Shown in pieces: positions 27,176-39,100 of a stretch of DNA of 64,000 nt. Source of the stretch: Bugula neritina (lineage: Eukaryota > Animalia > Bryozoa); assembly GCA_964035545.1 (NCBI GenBank), contig OZ037769.1:2418001-2482000 (forward strand), written 5' to 3'. A program made the position numbers and the translations under genes. Numbering within the stretch: the stretch's first letter is position 1; each line of letters opens with the position of its first letter. The notes beneath the pieces were generated by a model that worked only from the letters and a program-made list of their open reading frames with translations, ran no database searches and had not been told where the DNA came from.

Positions 27176-30100
27176 ATGTCAAAGGAAAAAGGTTTTGGAT
27201 CAAAACTGAAAGACCTATTTCTGGGTCCTCGCACAAAGCCTGTTCACAGAAATGAACACCACAAAGAGCTTGTGATAACTGCAGAGCATATACAAGTAAG
27301 TTACGATGTTCTCACGATATTTTTTTATTGAAAAACTTGCTATGCTAAAACATCATTCATTTATGTTGTAAGTATATTTAAATATGTTTATAATATCGGC
27401 AAATCATTCAAATACATCCTCTATTTTCTCACTTATTGTTTTGGAGTTATTCTCTCATTGTTTTAGGATGTGTCACCCAGTAGCCCTGCTAATAACAGAG
27501 AGAGACGAATTCTAGAACTCACACAACTAGTTGAGAAATACAGACTGGAGCCTGTACGTATTAAAATACATGTGATGTTTATAGAAGGACTCAATCTCCA
27601 CATGCGTCTATTTATACTTAATACTTTGATTTAATTATACAAATGATAAATTATTGTATAGCAATAATTTGAAATTAAATAAGTTCACTCTGCAACTTGC
27701 TTGACTAAAATTAACCCAGAAGTAGTATTTCGACTTTATGACATGAAATTAATGTATGAAAACTAATAAGTAAACATATTTGTTTGAGCTAAATTTTAAA
27801 TATGAAACTTGAAATTAGAAGCATTTTACTGACATTTACTGTTTGAGCTCCAAGCGCCGGGAAATTCATCAAGATTGTTCTCAACAATGAAACTTTTAGT
27901 GTTGAGTTATATTTAGCCAATGTGGATACTCAGCTATGTGTTGCAGCAACAGCATGTGTTTGTAGACAGCACCTGACGCCCTGACCAACGCTGTCAAAGA
28001 TCTTCTACAGAGTAATGATCAGCATAAACGCACTGTTGCTCTCAACTTCATACACGCCATTATAAGAGGACAGGTAAGGGTCTTCACATAGTAGATTATA
28101 GTGTGCAGGTAATAGTATACATATTAGATTATAGTGTGCAGGTAATAGTATACACAGTAGATTATAGTGTGCAGGTAATAGTACACACAGTAGATTATAG
28201 TATGCAGGTAATAATATACATAGTAGATTATAGTGTGCAGGTTTGGGTAGCAACACTGCATATGGTAGACTACTACTTAATAGTCTGTTGTCCACATCAA
28301 CCTGTATCAAACTCATGACTCAATAGCTGAATCATTGTAAATATCTACCTGCATCTAATGTGATGATTTTACAGTAATTTATTAGTATTAGTAAACATAT
28401 AGTCTGACTTTGTGAAACTTGTTGCTGGTATAATTGTTACCTGCAGTATATATTTACTAATTCAGTAAAGCTAGTGATAGTCAACTGTACTAGAATCTAT
28501 TGAGACTGTATTTTTACTGAATTATTTTTGTGTTGAGGATGAAGAACTGGGCATGCTCAGAGATTACTACTTCCATCTCATCTTCAAACATCAATTCAGG
28601 GAAGACCAGCCATTATTACTGAGAATGCTGGTCACACTGACTAAGGATGGACACAATCTCTCCTATATTGACCAGCAGGTTGGTCTGTCACTAGTAGTAA
28701 TAGTACTAGTAGTAGCAGTAGTGGTGGTAGTAGTAGTAGTAGTAGTAGTACTAGTAGTAGTACTAGTAGTAGTGGTGGTAGTAGTAGTGGTGGTAGTACT
28801 AGTAGTAGTAGTAGTAGTGGTAGTGGTAGTAGTAGTGGTACTAGTAGTAGTAGTAGTAGTGGTAGTGGTAGTAGTAGTGGTACTAGTAGTAGTGGTAGTA
28901 GTAGTAGTAGTAGTAGTATATATAAGGGTATGTAAATAAAACATTAAAATCTTGCAGATAGGAGATCTACTGGTGCAGTGGCTGAATGACTACAGTGTTT
29001 GTGATAATAAGAAAGATTTCCTTGAACTTCTTGTAAATCTCATAAAATACAATTCAGCTTTCATCGACGAAGACAAAGCAATGGAGCTGTTCAAGTGAGT
29101 ATTTCTCTGCATGTACTTATCTTATGGTAGCGTTTGCACATCATCTAGAGCAGGTTGGGACGTCATATATATTACAGAGTATATAAAAAGCAACTGTTTT
29201 AGTCTGTATCTTCTGTGCCACATATAGTCTATTCTACAACTAGCAAACACTATGATATATAATAACTAGCAGATGATCATGGTAAGACAACTTCTATTAC
29301 TCTTGCCTAAATTATGTGCAGTTTAGTGTATAGAGTGAAGCTAATAGACTGTATTTAGCATAGTTATGAGTATACATGTATGATTATACACACATATACC
29401 GTATAGTTATACTGTACACATGTATGGTTATACACATAAACCGTATAGTTATACTGTACACACATGTATGATTATACACATATACCGTATAGTATACTGT
29501 ACACACATGTATGGTTATACACATATACCGTATAGTATACTGTACACACATGTATGTTGATACACATATACCGTATAGTTATACTGTACACACGTGCGTA
29601 GAGTCAGCTGTACTATCTGTAACAAGACAAGCAGCGAGGCAGAGATACAGCTGTGTCTCCTCGTACTCGAGAACATCATGAAGTACTTCTACATCAAGTC
29701 CGCTGCCTTGCTGCCGCTCTGTATGACCCTGAGTCGTACTGTACTCATCGAGCCGTTTGTCCAGAGCTCTTGGAAACTCATGAAGGAACTCCTCGGCACC
29801 CACTTGGGGTACTCTGCTCTCTCTACCCTCACTAATATTCTGCATAACAGGTAATCAGGCAAGAACTTTGCATGATAAGGAGTTTTACACGACATTGAAG
29901 TTTGTGCTCTGTTTTTCATTATTTGATAATATTGTAATGATATCTGTTTGTTCTGTGTAAATTGATATTAAGATGCTAATTTTGGTAAGTTATTTTTGGG
30001 TTTGTAACTCAATTTTCAATCTGTGCACTTACTATTTTTGTAGAATTGAAACAGAAACTTGGTTCTGTTTTTAATTTATTCATTGTCAGTCCTGGCATAT

Positions 30101-33100
30101 TTTCTTTGTCAAATCATGTTGGTTCAAATCATATTGTTGCCAGGCAGAATCAAAGCGATGGCTCGTTGCTGCGAGGTGCCGTGTTCTTCATAGGAATGGC
30201 GTTGTGGGGCTCTCAGAGAGTCAGCACACTTCAAGTGTCAGCCACAGCTGTGCTGCCCGCCTTTAAGATAGTGAGTTACTTACCTCTCATTATATGTACT
30301 TGTTATATGTACTTACTTGTTATATGTACTTACACTGTTTACTTACTTATTATACTTACACTGTATATACTTACCTCTCATTATATGTACTTACTTGTTA
30401 TACGTACTTACTTGTTATATGTGCTTACACTGTTTACTTACTTATTATACTTACACTGTATATACTTACCTCTCATTATATGTACTTACTTGTTATACGT
30501 ACTTACTTGTTATATGTGCTTACACTGTTTACTTACTTAGTATATGTACTTACACTGTATGTACTTACCTCTCATTATACGTACTTACTTGTTATATGTA
30601 CTGCTTACTTATTATAATATGCACTTACTTATTTTATATACTCATACTGTATACTATCTTATTATATATACACTTACACTGTATACTATCTCATAGTATA
30701 TGCACTTACACTATACCTACTGTATATTGCGGTAGGCTCTGGCATCAAACAACACAAAGACAGCGTATGAGATATCCTTGACTGTGTTGAGGCTGGTGAG
30801 AAAGTTTGGTAAAGCTCAGCCGTATATCTTGTGGGAGAATGTTCTCGACATACTAGATAGTTTATACCTGCATATCAAAGTACGTAAATGGGTGTAAACA
30901 TGCATAGCAATGTAAGTAAATAAGTTTATACCAGGATTGCAAAATAAGCAGTTAAATATATACCAGCACATCATTGTAAGTAATGTTTCATCAGCCACTC
31001 TCTAGTTATTACATACTCAGTAGTTATTACATACTCTCCCCTACAGAATGGCTCAGTGGGAGAGTCTCAGATACTCGACAAGATCAGCAACAATCTCCAC
31101 GACATCGTGACAGCCATCGAGGAGCTGCAGGACACCTGCACTTACTGCGGACCCGCTGATCGACTCTTCAACTTCATAGAGATGTGTGCTGCCAGTAGAC
31201 CTGTGAGTTGTCCTCCCTGTACCGCAATGATCTCTCTAGTAGTTTGTCATTAGACTCCCTAACGGTAGTTGCTGCTTTTTACAGGAGAGCTCAGTTACTA
31301 TGCTGTTAGAACACAGATCCCGAGCTTGTCGACCAAACGAGGATAACTGGCTAACCAACCTTGATCACCTGCTGACTAAGTATTACAGGTGTGTGTCACC
31401 AAGTATGACTGGTGTGTGTCACTAAGTATTACAGGTGTGTGTCACTAAGTATGACAGGTGTGTGTCACTAAGTATTACAAGTGTGTGTCTCTTAGTATTA
31501 CAGGTGTGTGTCTCCTAGTATGACAGGTGTGTGTCACCTAGTATAACAGGTGTGTGTCACCTAGTATGACAGGTGTGTGTCACCAAGTACTGTAGGTGTG
31601 TGTCATCAAGTATGACAGGTGTGTGTCACTAAGTACTGTAGGTGTGTGTCATCAAGTACTGTAAGTGTGTGTCACCAAGTACTTTGTCTGTGTGTCAATT
31701 ACAATTATATAATAAATACTGTACACTGTGCAGTAAGTTAAAGAGAGTACAACGCTTACATGTGTATTGTGTCGTAGTATGGGAAAAGAACATAACTCCT
31801 AATGCTTGTAGAACAGAAAGTCGCTCATCTATTAGACTGAAGGCCCTCAGCACATTCAATCAGATTATTATAACAAACAAGATCTTATACGAGGTGAGGT
31901 CATTGTATGTGACACCTTGAAGCACCTGCTACTGTGACACCCTGAAGCACCTGCTATCACTTCACCATTCCACTAATTTTTACGTCTGATACAAAAGCTG
32001 ATGCATGTCAATGAATCATTATTTATGTATCCAAAGCTTTCAGTGAACGAATTTTGCTGTCACTTAAATATTCCCATTAAATTATTTCGCCTTTAATGTT
32101 AGCTGTTGGTGCAATGTTATATTAAAAGAGCGCGCTGTTACCTAATAAATGTAAAATAATTCACCGCTAGGAGGAGCTGCTAGAGCTGCTGCTGTCCACC
32201 TGCTCAGCTGTCTATTCAGACCCGGATGTTACCGTCAGGTGTAAAGTGGTGCAGTTACTAGTGGAGAGGGCCAAGTGTTGTACGTCCCGGAAATGTGGGG
32301 AAATCATATCTCTCCTGCAAAAGGTTAGTTCCGGTAGATTTATATTCAAATGTTGGGTATTTTGCTGTGTATGTTGCTGTGTACGTTGCTGTGTGTGTTG
32401 CTGTGTACGTTGCTGTGTGTGTTGCTGTGTGTGTTGCTGTGTACGTTGCTGTGTGTGTTGCTGTGTACGTTGCTGTGTGTGTTGCTGTGTACGTTGCTGT
32501 ACGTATGTTGTTGTGTATTTTGAGGTTGAAAAGAAATTATCGTTTTTTAGAAGAGACTAGGCAACTAAAATACAGATTTTTCACAAAAAAGAATTGTTTT
32601 TAGGATTTTCAACTTTTTAAATTAGTCTGTAATTAATTTGTGGTGTGAAAGAGTATTTTTATGAATTTTTTATATAGAACACCTTATATTTACTTTACAG
32701 TAAAATGCGTTTTGCTGAAAAAAATGGTTTCTTATGTACTAAATCCAGAGTGCAATTTTCGCAATTGTTAAGTTCATACTAAATATATAAATGCGCAATT
32801 TTACGTAAAACTATGTAAATGATGTTTTTGTATTCTAACATATATGTATAGCAAAGAGTTGTCTCTCCTGTTTTGAGTTCCCACTACAATGCTAAGTTTC
32901 CGTGAGTAGACTTTAGACTTGATGACTCTGTAGATTGCAGACCGAGAGACTAAACCGAATATTCGGACGTCTACCAGGACCCCCGACATCGAGCACAAGT
33001 GTTCCGATATACTTGAGGCTATTACTGGCCTCGTAAATATATTTAAGGTGAGTTACTCTGTACTGTGACTATGTACTGTGACTATGTACTGTGACTACAC

Positions 33101-36100
33101 ACTGTGACTATGTACTGTGACTATGTACTGTGACTGTGTACTGTGACTATGTACTGTGGCTATGTACTGTGGCTATGTGCTGTGACTATGTACTGTGATT
33201 ATATGCTATGTACTGTGACTATATACTATGACTATGTACTGTGATTATGTACTATGACTATGTACTGTGAGTATATACTGTGACTACGTACTGTGACTAT
33301 ATACTGTGACTATACACTGTGACTATATACTGTGACTATGTACTGTGACTATATACTGTGACTATGTACTGTGACTATATACTGTGACTATATACTGTGA
33401 CTATATACTGTGACTATACACTGTCAATATACTGTGGCTATATACTGTGACTATGTACTGTGACTATGTACTGTGATTATATGCTATGTACTGTGACTAT
33501 ATACTATGACTATGTACTGTGATTATGTACTATGACTATGTACTGTGAGTAGATACTGTGACTACGTACTGTGACTATATACTGTGACTATATACTGTCA
33601 ATATACTATGGCTATACTATCATTAAACCAGTCCATTATTTCATTATCAAGACCTCCACACGTATCGCATCCACTTGTATGTCAGTCAATGACATCTAAC
33701 CTCTGTTATTAGATAAAGCTGTATGAGCCACGAGGCTCTCAAGCTGTTCTGCCTCTAGAAGTCATTGTTGGTCACATAAACCGTCACTACGCGGCCAACC
33801 AGCCGTCCGCAATGAACAGTCAGATTCGCAAACTCATCTTCACTCTCTTCCTTGACCTCCGGGCCGACTGGAGCGGCAAGGTCGGCCTAGAAGGTCAAGG
33901 TTACAGCTCCTACGTCTACATTGCAGATAGGTGAGTTGCCGAAGTATACAGGAAGGAGTTTCTCCATTTTTAAAGGTCTTTACCACCTAGAAGTTGTTCT
34001 CCCGAGGATGTACTAAATTAGTTATCTGTTTTATTTCTGTGCCAGCATTTTGACAAAGTTTTATGCCCTCCTTAGAGTGAAACTTCTTTTGAGAGTTTAG
34101 CATTTTCTGACATCTAGCTTGTTCTAATTGACCTCTATTAGTTGTATTGACAATGCCTGCTGTAGTTATATCCGTGGAGGTCAAAGTGGTGAAGACGTTT
34201 CGGCTGTAGACTTCAAAGTGCTCAGCTTCTCCAGCATCCTGCGTGCCATCAACATCTGTCTCAGCAAGGTGGGTCTTTCTCTCTCAGCAAGGTGGGTCTT
34301 TCTCTCTCAGCAAGGTGGGTCTTTCTCTCTCAGCAAGGTGGGTCTTTCTCTCTCAGCAAGGTGGGTCTTTCTCTCTCAGCAAGGTGGGTCTCTCTCTCAG
34401 CAAGGTGGGTGTTTCTCTCTCAGCAAGGTGGGTGTTTCTCTCTCAGCAAGGTGGGTCTTTCTCTCTCAGCAAGGTGAGTGTTTCTCTCTCAGCAAGGTGG
34501 GTGTTTTTCTCTCAGCAAGGTGAGTGTTTCTCTCTCAGCAAAGTGGGTGTTTCTCTCTCAGCAAGGTGGGTGTTTCTCTCTCAGCAAGGTGGGTGTTTTT
34601 CTCTCAGCAAGGTGGGTGTTTCTCTCTCAGCAAGGTGAGTGTTTCTCTCTCAGCAAGGTGGGTGTTTCTCTCTCAGCAAGGTGAGTGTTTCTCTCTCAGC
34701 AAGGTGGGTGTTTCTCTCTCAGCAAGGTGGGTGTTTCTCTCTCAGCAAGGTGGGTGTTTTTCTCTCAGCAAGGTGGGTGTTTCTCTCTCAGCAAGGTGAG
34801 TGTTTCTCTCTCAGCAAGGTGAGTGTTTCTCTCTCAGCAAGGTGGGTGTTTCTCTCTCAGCAAGGTGGGTGTTTTTCTCTCAGCAAGGTGGGTGTTTCTC
34901 TCTCAGCAAGGTGGGTGTTTCTCTCTCAGCAAGGTGGGTGTTTCTCTCTCAGCAAGGTGGGTGTTTCTCTCTCAGCAAGGTGGGTGTTTCTCTCTCAGCA
35001 AGGTGGGTGTTTCTCTCTCAGCAAGGTGGGTCTTTCTCTCTCAGCAAGGTGAGTGTTTCTCTCTCAGCAAGGTGGGTGTTTTTCTCTCAGCAAGGTGAGT
35101 GTTTCTCTCTCAGCAAGGTGGGTGTTTCTCTCTCAGCAAGGTGGGTGTTTCTCTCTCAGCAAGGTGGGTGTTTTTCTCTCAGCAAGGTGGGTGTTTCTCT
35201 CTCAGCAAGGTGAGTGTTTCTCTCTCAGCAAGGTGGGTGTTTCTCTCTCAGCAAGGTGAGTGTTTCTCTCTCAGCAAGGTGGGTGTTTCTCTCTCAGCAA
35301 GGTGGGTGTTTCTCTCTCAGCAAGGTGGGTGTTTTTCTCTCAGCAAGGTGAGTGTTTCTCTCTCAGCAAGGTGGGTGTTTCTCTCTCAGCAAGGTGGGTG
35401 TTTTTCTCTCAGCAAGGTGGGTGTTTCTCTCTCAGCAAGGTGAGTGTTTCTCTCTCAGCATGGTGGGTGTTTATTCTGTTAATTAGAACTCAAGGGTGGT
35501 TACAAACACATCTGACTCCAAACTTGTAAAATAATGAGGTTTACAGTAATAAGTACTTTGAGTGATGACACTTTTGTATAACTCTTGTATCGTGTCAAGA
35601 CTTGAGTATTGAACTGTAGGAGACGGATTGGGGCGTGCTCTCTGTTGTCCTCAAAATGATGCCCAAACAGTGGCAGAATAAGAGGCTAGTGTTATCTGCC
35701 GGGGACAGCGCAGTGGATGAAGTTTGTGTGACGTTATGCTCCATGGTATGATCTACTAACTAGTATACTTATGATATTATGTATCATTATTATAGTGTAG
35801 TATTATACTTATGGTGTAATATATCGATATATCGTCTAGTGTTATTATTATGATATATATCAATATATCACCTAGTATTGTTACAACGTTACATGATGTA
35901 TATCGATATATTGTGTAGTAATTGATATGATGTTGTTTGTGCCGTAACATGAAGTTGAAAGAAAAGGAGGGCCGAAACATGTACAACACTCCAACCACTC
36001 ATAGATTCAACAAATCAGATTTCGACGAGCAGATATTCCCGCTACTGACGTGCATGAGTGCCTATCATTCCTCCCTCCGCACATCAAAGGTATTCTCATA

Positions 36101-39100
36101 TCATGACATCACTTCCTGGTCTCTATTTTGTTTCATCATCATTTTAACCTGAGTAATACACATGTCAGCGTTACATTTATCCTCAGTATATGTGTAACTT
36201 TATATTACAAGAACTTTAGCTAGTAGTTTTAATACTTTATTATTTTAACTGTAAGACATCTGACAATATCATAGGTTGTCCAGGAGAGCCCTGCTTCTAT
36301 AAACTGTGACAGTGGTATTTATATGTATGTCGATATATGATGCAACTACTCTTGGTTAGTTGATTTACTAACATAAGGAAAGGCAGCATAAAATTGTAAT
36401 TAATGATGACTCAAAAGTTAAAGAGTAAATATAAGCATGTTTCCTTACTAGCACTAACAATATGCTCTTGCAGGGAGACCTCATCAAGTGTCTAGAGTTT
36501 GGACTGCTCACTAAGTCGGGCTGCATCTGCGTACACGCTCTGCGCGTCTGCTGCATGGAGGTGGAGTCAGTCATGATGAAAATGATTTCCGGGATACTCA
36601 CTACTCTGTCTCGTATTCGAGCCAATAAGAACATGGCTCTTCCTCTCCTCATGTTTCTCTCTTGTATGTACATTTACTCTGTATGTCTACTCTGTATATC
36701 TACTCTGTATATCTACTCTGTATATCTACTCTGTATATCTACTCTGTATATCTACTCTGTATGTATATCTACTCTATATGTATATCTACTCTATATGTAT
36801 ATCTACTGTGTATATCTACTCTGTATGTCTACTCTGTATATCTACTATGTATATCTACTCTGTATATCTACTCTGTATATCTACTCTGTATATCTACTCT
36901 GTATGTATATCTACTCTGTATGTATATCTACTCTGTTTGTCTACTCTGTATGTATATCTACTCTGTATGTATATCCACTCTGTATATCTACTCTGTATGT
37001 ATATCTACTCTGTATATCTACTCTGTATATCTACTCTGTATGTCTACTCTGTATTTCTACTCTGTATGTATATCTACTCTGTATGTATATCTACTCTGTA
37101 TGTATATCTACTCTGTATGTATATCCACTCTGTATGTATATCTACTCTGTATGTATATCCACTCTGTATGTATATCTACTCTGTATGTATATAATTCCAC
37201 AGGTTTAGTACGTTTGCCAAAGCTTTATCGCAACTTCAACGCTGACCAGTACAGGTTTATATTTGGAATTGCCCTTCCCTACACCGACCCGTCTCAGTTC
37301 CAACACTTTGCGGTGTACCTCGCGTATCACGTGATAGTCATGTGGTTTGTCAAGTGTAGACTGAGGTACAGGAAGCAGTTTGTTCAGCTCATCATCAAGG
37401 TAGGTGTACCCCCCTCTCTCAGCTCCTAACATTGCCTGTAGAACTTAGTCTTACCCTCAAGTTTGTTCAAAGGAGTTGTTATAAATACGCTGACGGAACG
37501 TCTAATTATTTTTTTATCTCTGTTATTAAAGTTGCTAAAATGGTTTGTGATGTTGTATTCTATCTAATTCCACTCATAAATACATGTGTGAACCCTGACA
37601 AGATGTTTATTTTAATCTCGTTAATTAAAGTTTTTAAAATGTTTTGTGACAAAGTATTCTATCTAACGTTAATGACTCATTGTCATGTGATGTTCCTCCA
37701 TGTTGAGAGAACTCAGTCATGTGACTTCCTGTATTCTAGAGTCTGCAGACGCACACAAAAAACATCAGAGAGAGTCAGATCTCCGCCCACGCTGATCAGT
37801 GCTCGGAGAACGAGAAAGTCGCCATGTTCCACCAGGAGCTGCAGGAAACGTGTGTAGACATCCTGTCCCGTTACACCTTCTCCAACTGCGCCTCCGTTCC
37901 CAAGAGGTTTGTCCGACTAGACTGGTTCCTTTCTCTAAACTATATATCCTATTTTCAACTGTCCTTTGCCAAGTCGTGTGACTGGAACATCCGGGTGTTT
38001 GTAGAACTCCCGTGACAAAGTTCCTGTTGGAAGGGGGGCGGAGCCAGTCGTGGTTTGTCGGCAACAAGTTGGTGACAATCACTACCAGCGGGGGAGGGGC
38101 TAAGGTGACCAAGACTGGGCTCTGTGAGCGATGCACGTCGTCTGTACGGGGCATTTCTGTTACCCCCGCACAAACTCCAACCGAAGGCGTGAGTTTTAAG
38201 GATATGATATAGGGCTAAATTGCATTCTCCGTAGCAATTCGAGGGTTTATTCAGCTTCTCGTTGTAGCCTGTTTAGTTAGCATTGCTATAAACACCCTGT
38301 TTATAATGATGTTGTTATTCGTAGCTGATGAGAGAGTCTTGCATTTCTATAGTAGAATGATTGAGAAAGCTTATTTTGTGGATGACATACTTAGTGTATA
38401 TTTCTAGGACTATGATGTACTTAATGTATATTTCTAGGACTATGATGTACTTAGTGTATATTTCTAGGGCTATGATGTACTTAGTGTATATTTCTAGGAC
38501 TATGATGTACTTAGTGTATATTTCTAGGACTATGATGTACATAGTGTATATTTTTAGGGTTATGATGTATTCAGGGTATATTTATAGGGCTGACGCACTC
38601 AGTGTATATTTCTGGGGCTATGATGCACTCAGTGTATATTTCTAGGGCTATGATGTACTTAGTGTATATTTCTAGGACTATGATGTACTTAGTGTATATT
38701 TCTAGGACTATGATGTACATAGTGTATATTTATAGGGTTATGATGTATTCAGGGTATATTTATAGGGCTGACGCACTCAGTGTATATTTCTAGGGCTATG
38801 ATGCACTCAGTGTATATTTCTAGAGCTATGACGCACCCAGTGTATATTTCCAGGGCTATGACGCTCTCAGTGTATATTTCCAGGGCTATGACGCACTCAG
38901 TAGAAAAAGGCACAAATCAGCGTACGTCAGACCATCCAGTGACCCGGTTACTATTCCCCAGATATTCCCTCAAGACGATATTATGATACACAACAAACAG
39001 GATGTGACATCACAAGATAGTGTGCCTCATGCGGGGGCTGGTGACACTCCAGCTATGGCTGATGATCTGCTTAACGGTACGCATTGGTTGAATATATCTA

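Noticed and set aside
34260-35472. CRISPR-like appearance of 23-33 bp repeats (also 1-421, 22641-22958, 38385-38901)
   Set aside because: Units are head-to-tail with no unique spacers, there are no cas genes, and the context is spliceosomal introns of animal genes.
28553-37429. Long ORFs in the track such as poly-V/poly-T, LSQQGG repeats and CISTLY repeats
   Set aside because: They are read-through from real exons into intronic tandem repeats, or lie wholly within repeats. The spliced TSC2 model explains the coding parts.
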